Below are positions 47,094-57,110 of a stretch of DNA of 64,000 nt, piece by piece. This DNA is from Candidatus Bathyarchaeota archaeon. Its GTDB lineage: Archaea > Thermoproteota > Bathyarchaeia > TCS64. Each line of letters starts with the position of its first letter. The first letter of the stretch is position 1. The DNA is taken from contig CAVYVF010000002.1 of NCBI GenBank assembly GCA_963771885.1, positions 256,001 through 320,000 of the forward strand, read 5' to 3'. The position numbers were made by a program, and so were the translations under genes. The notes beneath the pieces were generated by a model that was not told the DNA's origin, did not search any database, and was given only the letters and a program-made list of their open reading frames with translations.

Positions 47094-47843
47094 ATGTACC
47101 TAGAGCGGCGGCAACTCAACCACGAGGATGTCCAACGGCTTGTTATGGGCTCGATGGAATTGATACGTGAGGCTCAGGTGCATCTCGGTCTACCCCTCTC
47201 ACCGAACATAGAGAAGACGCGTGAGTGGCTGATCAACGGCGAGTTCTATGCAGACTCTCTCATCAACATCCGCGGTCGACAGTACGGAATGGACTTCGGC
47301 TGCTTCAACCCGCCGAACACGATAATGCTCGACAGAAACCTCCCATTCAGCGACCAGCCCCTCGACCTACCCAACCTCGCATCGACACTCACCCTATACA
47401 CTGCTGTACACGAAGTACTCCATGCCGACGACTGGGCTGGTGGCGACCTCTTACAGAAAGTGACAAAGGCACACATGCTCAAAGAGCACTGGGACAAGCT
47501 CGAGAAGGCGCTCGACTTCATCCGCAGCGGCGAAGGCACAGACCTGATAAAGTCAGTAAATGACCTCGCCATCCTAAACGCGAGCCACTACGTCGACATG
47601 GTGACCCACTTCAGGAGTTTTCTAGTCATGCGGTACGCCGGCGCAGAGAAGCTCGACATGATCTGGGACAAGATGTCGATCAATTTCTTCCCTCCGTACC
47701 TTCTCACCATGATCGAGGCTGAGAAAGGCGCAAAGTACGTCTTCGAGCTTTTCAACAAGAGGGCGGGAAGCTACTGCCTCATAGACGCCTTCGAGGAGTA
47801 CGACTCGATAGGAAAAAAGAGCGCAAGCACTTACACCGTATAA
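47094..47843 (+). CDS. Hypothetical protein with HExxH zincin-like motif
   Basis: TAVHEVLHADD; start moved to ATG 47094 downstream of TTTTAA. Confidence 0.7.
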   Translation: MYLERRQLNHEDVQRLVMGSMELIREAQVHLGLPLSPNIEKTREWLINGEFYADSLINIRGRQYGMDFGCFNPPNTIMLDRNLPFSDQPLDLPNLASTLTLYTAVHEVLHADDWAGGDLLQKVTKAHMLKEHWDKLEKALDFIRSGEGTDLIKSVNDLAILNASHYVDMVTHFRSFLVMRYAGAEKLDMIWDKMSINFFPPYLLTMIEAEKGAKYVFELFNKRAGSYCLIDAFEEYDSIGKKSASTYTV

Positions 47844-47893
47844 AATAGGCGCAGTGTTTTAATCGCTTACCGCCGTCTCCTTCACCGATACCA

Positions 47894-49660
47894 ATGCTCT
47901 ACGACACCCTCGTGGAGACCTACGTAAAACTGGAAGCCACTACAAAGCGCCTAGAGATGACTGCAATCCTCGCGGAGCTCCTCAAGTCGGCGGAGCCGGA
48001 GGAGATGGCTGAAGTCATCTACCTCACTCAGGGGAAAATACATCCCGACTGGACCGGTGAGCCCGAGATCGGTATGGCTGAGAAAAGCGTCGTCGAAGCG
48101 ATAATCAAGGCGACTGGGCTCCAGAAGTCGAAGGTAGAGCAGCTACTCGCCGAGACTGGGGACATCGGCCACGCGGCGGAGGCTGCACTGAAGGGGAAGA
48201 AGGTGGCGAGCTTCGGGGGGAGGAAGCCGACCGCCTCAGAGGTCTACAACACCCTCGACGCTATAGCGAAGGAGTCAGGGCAGGGTAGCGCAGGGCGCAA
48301 GGTGGACCGCCTCGTCAAGCTCATGGTGAACGCGTCACCGCTGGCGGCTCGCTACCTGGCGAGGACGGTCGTCGGCGCGCTGCGCCTCGGTATTGGCGAC
48401 ATGACTATTTTAGATTCACTTGCCATCGCGCGTACGGGTTCGAAGGACTCCCGCGAGGCACTGGAGCGCGCTTACTACCTCAGCAGCGACCTCGGCGACG
48501 TCGCTGAGACTCTTGCCGGTAAGGGATTAAAGGCGATCGAGGAGTTCGAGATTACAGTTGGGAAGCCCATCATGGCGATGGCGGCGCAGAGGCTCAGCAC
48601 AGCCGAGGAGATCGTTGAAAAGCTCGGCAAGGTATCCGCCGAGTATAAGCTCGACGGAGAGCGTCTCCAAATACACAAGGATGGGGAGAAGGTCCAGATA
48701 TTCAGTAGGCGGCTGGAGAACATCACTCACATGTACCCAGACGCAGTCAGGATGACGCTGAGCCAGATTAAAGCTGGGCGGGCGATAGTCGAGGGGGAGG
48801 TCGTCGCCGTAGACACCGACTCGGGGGAGATGCTCCCCTTCCAGACACTCATGCAGAGGCGGCGCAAGTATAAAATAGAGGAGATGATGGAAAAACTCCC
48901 CGTCACCATCTTCCTTTTCGACTGCCTCTATGCCGACGGCAAGGACTACACCCCAGAGCCCTACCCTATCCGAAAAACAAAACTCAATGAGATTATCAAG
49001 GCGTCCGATAACTTTCACATCGTCGAGTCGACAGAGACCGATGACCCGAAGGAACTTGAAAAGTTCTTCGAGAAGGCGATCGCTGACGGCACTGAGGGGC
49101 TCGTCTGCAAAAGCCTCGCCGACGAGTCCATCTACCGCGCCGGCGCCCGTAGCTGGCTCTGGGTGAAGCTGAAGAGGAGCTACCAGAGCAGGATGTCCGA
49201 CCCCGTCGACCTCGTAATAGTTGGTGCACTACATGGTAGAGGGAGGCGGGCTGGGAGTTATGGCGCCTTACTGGGCGCTGCCTACGATCCGGGGTCAGAT
49301 ATGTACCGGACCGTCTGCAAGGTAGGCTCCGGCTTCACCGACGAGATGCTCACAACTCTCCCCAAAGACCTCGAGTCACTTCGCCATGAAGGCAAGCATC
49401 CACTCGTCGATGCGATCCTCGAGGCTGACATCTGGTTTGTCCCTGAGAGGGTCATGGAGGTCCTCGGTGACGAGCTCACGCTGAGTCCGATACACACCGC
49501 GGGCGCTGGAGCGATACGAGAAGGCGCAGGACTAGCCGTAAGATTCCCCCGCTTCCAAAGGTGGCGCGAGGACAAATCCGCTGAGGAGGCGACGACTGTC
49601 GCTGAGCTCCTCGATATGTATAGGTCCCAGCTCAAGCAGATCGAGAAGAGTGAAGGTTAA
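47894..49660 (+). CDS. lig: ATP-dependent DNA ligase
   Basis: EYKLDGER, EGE, FDCLY, EGLVCK, WVKLK, RFPRF. Confidence 0.96.
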   Translation: MLYDTLVETYVKLEATTKRLEMTAILAELLKSAEPEEMAEVIYLTQGKIHPDWTGEPEIGMAEKSVVEAIIKATGLQKSKVEQLLAETGDIGHAAEAALKGKKVASFGGRKPTASEVYNTLDAIAKESGQGSAGRKVDRLVKLMVNASPLAARYLARTVVGALRLGIGDMTILDSLAIARTGSKDSREALERAYYLSSDLGDVAETLAGKGLKAIEEFEITVGKPIMAMAAQRLSTAEEIVEKLGKVSAEYKLDGERLQIHKDGEKVQIFSRRLENITHMYPDAVRMTLSQIKAGRAIVEGEVVAVDTDSGEMLPFQTLMQRRRKYKIEEMMEKLPVTIFLFDCLYADGKDYTPEPYPIRKTKLNEIIKASDNFHIVESTETDDPKELEKFFEKAIADGTEGLVCKSLADESIYRAGARSWLWVKLKRSYQSRMSDPVDLVIVGALHGRGRRAGSYGALLGAAYDPGSDMYRTVCKVGSGFTDEMLTTLPKDLESLRHEGKHPLVDAILEADIWFVPERVMEVLGDELTLSPIHTAGAGAIREGAGLAVRFPRFQRWREDKSAEEATTVAELLDMYRSQLKQIEKSEG

Positions 49661-49777
49661 CCCTTATTCCCTGCTTCTAATCATTACGGGAAAAATAGTT
49701 TTTCAGCGTAAAGATCCAATCTGCGAGGGCAAACATTTTACACGCGTCTGCTAGGTAACACCTTATCCGGTGTTTCC

Positions 49778-50611
49778 ATGAAAGTAGTTCTGAGAAAGGC
49801 GAAGTCTGAGGACCGCGATAAGGTCCGATGGGTCGAGTCAAAGTCAACCCCTACCCTTATCTATACACCCTACGTCTACGACGAGTTCCTCAGCGACGGT
49901 GGCGAATTCAGCGTCGAAGAGCTCGACGGTGAACTCGTAGCCTGTGGCAAGTACACACCCCTACCCGATGGCTCGGCATGGATCGAAACTCTCCGCGTCA
50001 TTCCCGAGAAGCAAGGGTTAGGATTGGGGAAGAAACTGTATGATCACTGGACAAAGCTAGCGAAGGAACAGGACATCAAAGCGATGAGAATGTACACCGG
50101 CGTAAGCAACGTTGTCAGTGCCGGCCTCGCCGAGAGATATGGTCTAAAACTCCAGGGCACGTTTAAGGGGAACACCACACCAGCAAAGCCAGGCGATGGG
50201 CAGCAAGGCGGCTTCAAGCAGGTCACCGATCCTACGAGAGCAGCGAAGATCGTTATGCCCCTAAAAGACGACTGGGCGAACTGGCTCGTCCTTAACCGGA
50301 CCTTCTACAGATTCAGCCCCGAGATAATCGGCTGGATGGCGGGGAAGGGTATGGTCTACGAGGACGCCAAGGCGAAGAACGTCGTCATCGCAGGCGCCCG
50401 CTTCATGCCACATCAATCGGTACACATCGCATGCTGGGGGGGAGACGCCGACGCATGCATCGCATTCGCCAAGTGGAAGGCGGTGGAGAATAAAGTCCCG
50501 ACGGTCAGCTGCTTCTACGAGGTCACGAGGCCCGAGATAGGGAAAGTGCTCGCGAAGAACGGATTCGCAGTAGACAAAGGCGACTACATAGTAAAGGGAA
50601 TTGAGTACTAG
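49778..50611 (+). CDS. GNAT-family N-acetyltransferase
   Basis: WIETLRV..QGLGLG, N..SAGLAERYG. Confidence 0.8.
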   Translation: MKVVLRKAKSEDRDKVRWVESKSTPTLIYTPYVYDEFLSDGGEFSVEELDGELVACGKYTPLPDGSAWIETLRVIPEKQGLGLGKKLYDHWTKLAKEQDIKAMRMYTGVSNVVSAGLAERYGLKLQGTFKGNTTPAKPGDGQQGGFKQVTDPTRAAKIVMPLKDDWANWLVLNRTFYRFSPEIIGWMAGKGMVYEDAKAKNVVIAGARFMPHQSVHIACWGGDADACIAFAKWKAVENKVPTVSCFYEVTRPEIGKVLAKNGFAVDKGDYIVKGIEY

Positions 50612-50641
50612 ACAAGAGTCCCGCGGAGAGGCGACTAGTTT

Positions 50642-51673
50642 TTAGACGGGCCCACTGTCCGCGACTACCGTGTGCTTCATAACACCTATGGGCTGTATCT
50701 CGCACTCGAGTACGTCGCCGACGTTGAGGAAGCCCTCTGGTCCCCAGCTCGCAGCTACTCCTGCGCAGGTTCCTGTGGCTATGATGTCGCCTGGGTTTAG
50801 TGTGGTTCCTCTGCTCATATAGGCGATGATGTCGGGGATCTTAATTATCATGTCCTCGACGGTGCCATTCTGGCGTGTCTTGCCGTTGACGCGGGTCACA
50901 AGTTTGAGTGGGATCTTATATGGGTCAGGTATCTCGTCAGCTGTGACGATGGTTGGCCCCATCGGGGCAGCGTTGTCCATGCCCTTTCCCTTCGTCCAGT
51001 TGATGTCGCCCTTGTAGAGGCGGAAGTCGACGTCTTGGGGGAATCCTTGGTCGCGGAAGCTGACGTCGATGAGAATGGTGTAGCCGGCGATGCATGAGTA
51101 TGCGTCCTCGGGCTTGATGTCCTTGCACTTCTTCCCAATGACGACGGCGAGCTCGTTCTCGTAGTCGAGTTGCTTCGAGACATTCGGTTTGATGATAGGC
51201 GCGCCGGTGCCGATGATGAGACTTGGCTGCTTCTGGAAGCAGTCAGCGACCTTGAGGTTGAGCGTCTTAAGGCGGGCGATCTCCTTCTTCCTCGCCTCGG
51301 GGTCCTTCGCCATACGCTCCGTGGCGTGGTCATAATAGTTGACCGCCGTGCAGTAGATCTTGCCCGGGTACTTTATGGGCGCCTGTATGCGTGCTTCGTC
51401 GCCGAGGACGAGCTTTTCCCCTTCGACGCCAACACCGCCCTTCCTCTTCGCCACCCACTTGAGGATCTTCTCGGCCTCCTTCTTCGCCTTCTCGCCTCCC
51501 TGGAGGAACCCGACCATGTCGGCGGGTATGAGTGCCGCCGCGGCGCGGGCTGGGAAGGCTTCGCCCCCCTCCTTGAGATAGGCCGTGTAGGTGGAGTTGA
51601 GGTCGACTATGCCCTCCTTTACGACTGCGCCGAGCCGTGACTCGGTGTGAACCTTGAACGTGACGAGTTTCAA
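50642..51673 (-). CDS. Fumarylacetoacetate hydrolase family protein
   Basis: NYYDH, DYENEL, DVSFRD, GKGMD, GDIIATGT. Confidence 0.92.
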   Translation of the reverse strand: MKLVTFKVHTESRLGAVVKEGIVDLNSTYTAYLKEGGEAFPARAAAALIPADMVGFLQGGEKAKKEAEKILKWVAKRKGGVGVEGEKLVLGDEARIQAPIKYPGKIYCTAVNYYDHATERMAKDPEARKKEIARLKTLNLKVADCFQKQPSLIIGTGAPIIKPNVSKQLDYENELAVVIGKKCKDIKPEDAYSCIAGYTILIDVSFRDQGFPQDVDFRLYKGDINWTKGKGMDNAAPMGPTIVTADEIPDPYKIPLKLVTRVNGKTRQNGTVEDMIIKIPDIIAYMSRGTTLNPGDIIATGTCAGVAASWGPEGFLNVGDVLECEIQPIGVMKHTVVADSGPV

Positions 51674-51791
51674 GTCTGGTCGCGTATCATTCGCCCGCTA
51701 GGCGTATATCACGTTTCGCAGGCGACACAGTCATGCACTGGGTTCGGGTAAGTATTATACAGGTATCACGCGGTATCATGCAGCGACAGCC

Positions 51792-52979
51792 ATGATTGAA
51801 GACGCCGTGAAGCTCATCGACGACGCCTACACCCTCCGCAAGCTGGAGGAGATGATAAGGATCAACTCCGTCGTCCGTAGTGAGGGGGAGTACGCAGAGT
51901 ACCTGAAGAACGAGTTCGAGGCACTCGGCCTCAAGACCGAGACACAGACGGTCGAGCCGGGTAGGCCGAACGTCTACGCTCGCCTAAGGGGGGACAAGCC
52001 GGGTAAGAGGCTCAACTTCAATGGCCATACGGACACCGTCCCAGTCGTCGAGGGCTGGGAGACAGACCCCTTCAAGCCAGTTCGGAGGGGGAACGACCTC
52101 GTCGGCCTCGGCAGCTGCGACATGAAGGCGGGCTTCGCCTCCATACTCACCATGATCAAGGCCTTCCAAGACTCTGGCCACAAGCTAAAGGGAGAGTTGA
52201 GCGTCAGCGCAGTCATCGACGAGGAGGCCTACGGTGAGGGCGCCAAGGCGATGCTGAAGACCGACTTCGCCAAGGTCGACGCCATCGTTCTCGCGGAGCC
52301 CTACCCCTGCGACGAATCCAAGCCCATGCCCCTTGGCATCACCGGCAAGATACTCTACGATGTACACGTCTACGGAAAGGCCGCCCACGGCTTTCGCCCT
52401 CAGCACGGGATAAACGCCGTCGAAGACGCCGCTAAGATAGTGGCGAACCTCGAAAAGCTCACCTTCCTCGACCACCCCGACTTCCACGTCGGCAACTACA
52501 GCACACTCCTATTCGAGGGCGGGTACAAGATATACAGCGTCGTCGTCCCCGCATCGGCACGCTTCGAGGTCAACCGCCTCCTCGTCCCCGGCGAAACGGC
52601 CGCCACGGCGATCGCTGACATGGAGCGCCTCGTCAAGGGCCTCAACCTGAAGAGCAGCGTCGAAGTCAAGGTCAAACCACCCAAATATGAGGCATACGTC
52701 ATGTCGAAGGACGACCCGATCATCAAGGCATTCGATCCGGTATATTGGGACGTGATGGGCAAGACGCCTATCTACCAGTACGCCTACGGGATCACCGACG
52801 CCAACACCTTCGCAGGCGTCGGAGGGATCTCTTGCCTCCACCTCGGACCGGGGCGCGGTGTCTCCGACCCAAAGAAGGGCGGAGGTACGCACGAGAAGAA
52901 CGAGTACGTCGACGTGACCTGGCTGCCAAAAATCAACAGGATGTACGTCAAGGTAGCCGACGCCTTCCTCAACAAGTGA
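51792..52979 (+). CDS. M20/ArgE-DapE family metallohydrolase, paralog 1
   Basis: GHTD, DMK, DEE, AEP, GTHEKNE. Confidence 0.9.
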   Translation: MIEDAVKLIDDAYTLRKLEEMIRINSVVRSEGEYAEYLKNEFEALGLKTETQTVEPGRPNVYARLRGDKPGKRLNFNGHTDTVPVVEGWETDPFKPVRRGNDLVGLGSCDMKAGFASILTMIKAFQDSGHKLKGELSVSAVIDEEAYGEGAKAMLKTDFAKVDAIVLAEPYPCDESKPMPLGITGKILYDVHVYGKAAHGFRPQHGINAVEDAAKIVANLEKLTFLDHPDFHVGNYSTLLFEGGYKIYSVVVPASARFEVNRLLVPGETAATAIADMERLVKGLNLKSSVEVKVKPPKYEAYVMSKDDPIIKAFDPVYWDVMGKTPIYQYAYGITDANTFAGVGGISCLHLGPGRGVSDPKKGGGTHEKNEYVDVTWLPKINRMYVKVADAFLNK

Positions 52980-53046
52980 CTACTTTTCCACCCCTTCTCT
53001 GGATAAACCATATAACCGGAGAGGGTAATCCAAGCAGCGACAACTG

Positions 53047-54207
53047 ATGTATGATGAGCTTCTGAGCAAGCTGGACGACCGATACACGGTCAAGAAACTG
53101 GATGAGATGATAGCTATCCCCTCAGTCGTAAAGGAGGAGAAGGAACTCGCCTACTATCTGAAGGCGGAGCTCGACAAGCTGGGGTACGAGACCGAGCTAC
53201 ATATGGTCGAGCCGGGGAGACCTAACATCTACGCCAAGCTCAAGGGCAAGAAGAAAGGGAAGCGCCTGAACTTCTGTGGCCACATGGATACCGTCCCCGT
53301 CGTTACCGGCTGGGACACCGACCCATTCAAGGCGGTGAAGAAGGGCAACCTGCTCCACGGCCTCGGCGCCAACGACATGAAGGGAGGCATAGCCTGCGCC
53401 CTCAACATGCTCCGAGCCTTTGCAGACTCGGGCCACTCCTTCAGTGGTGAGCTTAGCTTCGCCGGTGTCATCGACGAGGAGGCATATGGTGAGGGCGCCA
53501 AGGCGATGCTTAAGACAGAGTACGGCAAGGTCGACGCTGTGGTCCTCGGCGAGCCCGTCACCGGGGAGCCAGACGGGGAGATATACCTCGGCATCACGGG
53601 GAAGGTACTATACGACATCTACGTCCATGGCGTCGCGGCCCACGGCTTCAGCCCTGAGGAGGGTGTCAACGCCGTCGAGGATGCGGGAATCATACTCGCT
53701 AACCTCCACAAGCTCAAGTTCAAGAGGAACCCACGCTTCGGAACGGGCAACTACAGCACCCTAAAGATCGAAGGTGGCTACACGGTCTACAGCGTCGTCG
53801 TCCCAGCGGAGTGCCGCTTCGAGGTCAATAGGCTACTCGTTCCTGGCGAGACTGCTGACTACGCCGTCCAGGATATGCAGCGACTCGTTAAGAGCCTCGA
53901 GCTCAAGAGTCGGGTCGAAGTCAAGACGAAACCGCCGCTCTACGCGAGTTACGAGATAAAGAAGTCCACCCCCGTCGTGAAGCTCTTCACGGAGGTCTAC
54001 ACCGATGTCTTCGGAACCCCTCCCACTTATGGCTACCACAAGAGCATCACAGACGCCAACACGATCACGGGGGAAGGCGGCATCCCCTGCATACACCTCG
54101 GCCCCAAGCCCCATGGGACCCACCAGAAAAACGAATCCGTCGAACTCGACTGGCTCCCCAAGGTCAGCAGGGCGTACGCCATAATGGCGGCGAAGTTCTT
54201 AGCGTAG
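53047..54207 (+). CDS. M20/ArgE-DapE family metallohydrolase, paralog 2
   Basis: GHMD, DMK, DEE, GEP, GTHQKNE. Confidence 0.9.
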   Translation: MYDELLSKLDDRYTVKKLDEMIAIPSVVKEEKELAYYLKAELDKLGYETELHMVEPGRPNIYAKLKGKKKGKRLNFCGHMDTVPVVTGWDTDPFKAVKKGNLLHGLGANDMKGGIACALNMLRAFADSGHSFSGELSFAGVIDEEAYGEGAKAMLKTEYGKVDAVVLGEPVTGEPDGEIYLGITGKVLYDIYVHGVAAHGFSPEEGVNAVEDAGIILANLHKLKFKRNPRFGTGNYSTLKIEGGYTVYSVVVPAECRFEVNRLLVPGETADYAVQDMQRLVKSLELKSRVEVKTKPPLYASYEIKKSTPVVKLFTEVYTDVFGTPPTYGYHKSITDANTITGEGGIPCIHLGPKPHGTHQKNESVELDWLPKVSRAYAIMAAKFLA

Positions 54208-54247
54208 CCGCTCAGTTTATCCCCCTCTGGTGCATTTTTCCACCAAC

Positions 54248-55412
54248 ATGTACGAGGAGATCCTTCGCAGACTAGACCCCTCCTACGCACGTAAGCTCAC
54301 CGAGGAGATGATAGGCATCCCAAGCGTCACCGGCGACGAGGAAGCCATGGCGCTATACGTGAAGGAGAAGCTCGACTCATACGGCTTCGAGACCAAGTTA
54401 AACTACGTCCAGCCGAAGAGGCCCAATCTCCACGCAACCCTCAAGGGCTCGAAGCCTGGGAAGCGCCTAGACTACAATGCCCACAGCGACACAGTCCCAG
54501 CCGGCGAGGGCTGGGCGACCGACCCCTATAAGGCGGTAGTCAAGGACGGCAAAATATTCGGCCGCGGCGCCTGCGACATGAAGAGCGGCATCGCCTGCAC
54601 ACTCGAAGCTTTCCGAGCCATCGCCGACAGCGGACACGAACTCGCAGGCGAGTTGAGCGCCAGCCTCGTTGTCGACCAGGAGGCGACCGACGTCGGCGCG
54701 TGGGCGATGATGGATGACTCCCGATGGAGGAGCCTCGACGCGATAGTCCTCACCTACAGCTACTGTGGGGACGAGACGAAGCCGATACCACTCGGACTTA
54801 CGGGGAAGGTGCTCTACAACATCAAGGTAAAGGGAAAGGCGGCGCACGGCTTCCGCCCACACCTCGGTGTGAACGCTGTCGAGGACGCCGCCAAGATCGT
54901 GGCGAACCTTGATAGGCTCCAACTCAAGTTTCACAAGGAGTTCGGCAAAGGCACATATTGCACACTCAAGTTTGAAGGAGGCTATCAGATTCTATTCCGT
55001 TGTTGTCCCCGCCTCGGCGCGCTTTGAGGTCAACCGCCTCCTCGTCCCCGGCGAGACGATACAATACGCCATCGACGACATGCGCCACTTAGTAGACTCC
55101 CTAAAGCTAAAGTCCGAGGTAGAGATAGCCGTCAAGCCACCCAAGTACGAGCCCTACACCTGCACGATGGATGAGCCTATCATGAAGACGCTCGACGGCG
55201 TCTACCGCGAGGTTATGAGCAGAGCACCTCTATACGAGCACGCCTACGGCATCACCAACGCGAACATCTTCCAGGGCGAGCAGGGCATACCCTGCGTCCA
55301 CATCGGCCCCCAGCGAGGCGAGGCACACGGTGCGAACGAGTACGTCAAGCTCGAGTGGTTGCCTCCCGTAAGCAAGATGTACGCCCTGATCGCGGCTCGG
55401 TACCTCTCCTAA
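54248..55412 (+). CDS. M20 family paralog 3 with altered active site (frameshift near 54990)
   Basis: AHSD, DMK, DQE, LTYS, AHGANE; one extra T splits it into two ORFs. Confidence 0.82.
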
Positions 55413-55465
55413 TCCCCCCTTGATGGGATCAACATTTATCGTGCTGGATTGGTGAGGGTTAAGGC

Positions 55466-55987
55466 ATGGGCTTCAGCGTCCTACTCGGAGTGGCGTACTT
55501 CGCCGTCGTCGCCTTCCTTCTCTGGCTCGTCTGGCCAATACTAATCGGCGCTATGTACATGCCGACGCCCCGAGGTATCGTAGAGAAGATGCTTGACCTC
55601 GCAGCAGTCGGCCCAGGCGACGTCGTCTACGACCTAGGCTCGGGCGACGGCAGGATAGTAATTTGTGCAGCCGAGAGGGGTGCCAAAGCTGTTGGCGTAG
55701 AGGCGGACCCAATAAGGGTCCTCTGGTCGAGGATAAACGCGAGTAGGAACCCCGACGGAGCGAACGTCCAAATAATATGGGGCGACTTTTTCAAGAATAG
55801 CGTCGCTGAGGCAACCGTCGTAACCGTCTACCAGGGCGAGGAAATAAACAAGAAGCTAAAGGAAAAGTTCGAGGTAGAACTTAAACCGGGTTCACGCGTC
55901 GTCTCCTTCAGCTTCAAGTTTGAGGGCTGGGAGCACGCCGAGAAACACTTAGACGCAGACGTATACCTCTACCGCATCAAGGCTTAA
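55466..55987 (+). CDS. Membrane-anchored class I methyltransferase (aKMT/FAM173-like)
   Basis: N-terminal TM, YMPTP, YDLGSGDGR, ELKPGSRVVS. Confidence 0.75.
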   Translation: MGFSVLLGVAYFAVVAFLLWLVWPILIGAMYMPTPRGIVEKMLDLAAVGPGDVVYDLGSGDGRIVICAAERGAKAVGVEADPIRVLWSRINASRNPDGANVQIIWGDFFKNSVAEATVVTVYQGEEINKKLKEKFEVELKPGSRVVSFSFKFEGWEHAEKHLDADVYLYRIKA

Positions 55988-56012
55988 TATCACATAGGGG
56001 GATTCCTCAGCC

Positions 56013-56348
56013 ATGTCAGATTCGGAGATAGTGAGCATCCGAGAGTTCAAGCGCTTACTTATACGAACGGGTACAGTGAAGGAGATAGAGCAGGTCACAG
56101 GCAGCGACAAGCTCTACAAGCTCCAGGTCGATATGGGCGACCACACCCGCCAGATCGTCACGGGCCTCGTCGAGTACTACAAGATGGACGAGATCAGAGG
56201 CAAGACAATCTGCGTCATCTGCAACCTGAAGCCCGCCAAGATATTCGGTAACGAGAGCAATGGCATGCTCCTCACCGCTGAAAAGGACGGCGCCCTCGCC
56301 CTGCTTACGACGGAGCGTCCCGTGCCCAACGGAGCAACCGTGTCCTAA
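56013..56348 (+). CDS. Stand-alone tRNA-binding OB domain (Trbp111/MetRS C-terminal/CsaA-like)
   Basis: SDKLYKLQVD, RQIVTG, NLKPAKIFGNESNGMLL. Confidence 0.88.
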   Translation: MSDSEIVSIREFKRLLIRTGTVKEIEQVTGSDKLYKLQVDMGDHTRQIVTGLVEYYKMDEIRGKTICVICNLKPAKIFGNESNGMLLTAEKDGALALLTTERPVPNGATVS

Positions 56349-56363
56349 CCGGATGGTTTACTG

Positions 56364-57065
56364 ATGAAGGTCCTAGTTACAGGGGGAGACGGCTACATAG
56401 GCTCCGAACTTGTCAAGGTCCTAGAAGCCGCAGGGCACAACGTTACGAGCTTCGACATCGCGAGCGATCCGAGGGATGACATCAGGGACGAGAAGCGGAT
56501 CGACGCCGCGGTCGTCACCAGCGATGTAGTCTATCACTTAGCTAGCCCCTGCATCGTCGCCGACAGCATTCGTGACCCATGGAAGTACTGGGACCAAATC
56601 GTCAGGGGTACCGCAAGCGTCACAAACGCATGCAGAAAACATGGTAAGAGACTCATCTTCACCAGCACACAACTCGCCAGTGACAATTTTCGTTGCACCT
56701 GCTGCAACCAGCTACAATCCCCATATGCGGCGGCGAAGAGGGAGGCCGAGAAACTCGTCGAGGTCCTACCCGACTCCATCACAGTTCGCCTCCCCAACAT
56801 AATCGACCTAGAAGGGAAAGACCCTAACGACAGCCGACTTTTCCCACGCTTCAACAAGGCGGCACGGGAGACGGGTATTGTCCGCATACGCCCCCCCGAG
56901 GACACGCCTGTTACGCTCGTTGAGGTAGGACAGTGTGCAAGAAACCTTCTCAGCTACATAGGGGAGGGTACTGGGATTCAACTGATGAGAGGCGAAACGA
57001 TGACCATCAAGCAGGTCGCCGAACGCGTCGCCGAAGCCTACGGGGCACGTGTAGAAGTAGCATGA
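56364..57065 (+). CDS. Short NAD-dependent epimerase/dehydratase family protein
   Basis: VTGGDGYIG, HLA, SPYAAAK. Confidence 0.8.
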   Translation: MKVLVTGGDGYIGSELVKVLEAAGHNVTSFDIASDPRDDIRDEKRIDAAVVTSDVVYHLASPCIVADSIRDPWKYWDQIVRGTASVTNACRKHGKRLIFTSTQLASDNFRCTCCNQLQSPYAAAKREAEKLVEVLPDSITVRLPNIIDLEGKDPNDSRLFPRFNKAARETGIVRIRPPEDTPVTLVEVGQCARNLLSYIGEGTGIQLMRGETMTIKQVAERVAEAYGARVEVA

Positions 57066-57073
57066 TAAGTGAG

Positions 57074-57099
57074 AAAAAAGGCGAGACGCCTCTCGCCTT
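57074..57099 (-). terminator. Hairpin plus T-run terminator between convergent genes
   Basis: AAGGCGAGA-cgcc-TCTCGCCTT 9-bp stem running into a T-tract on the minus strand, 11 bp after the C2H2 gene stop. Confidence 0.6.
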
Positions 57100-57110
57100 A
57101 CACATGGGTT

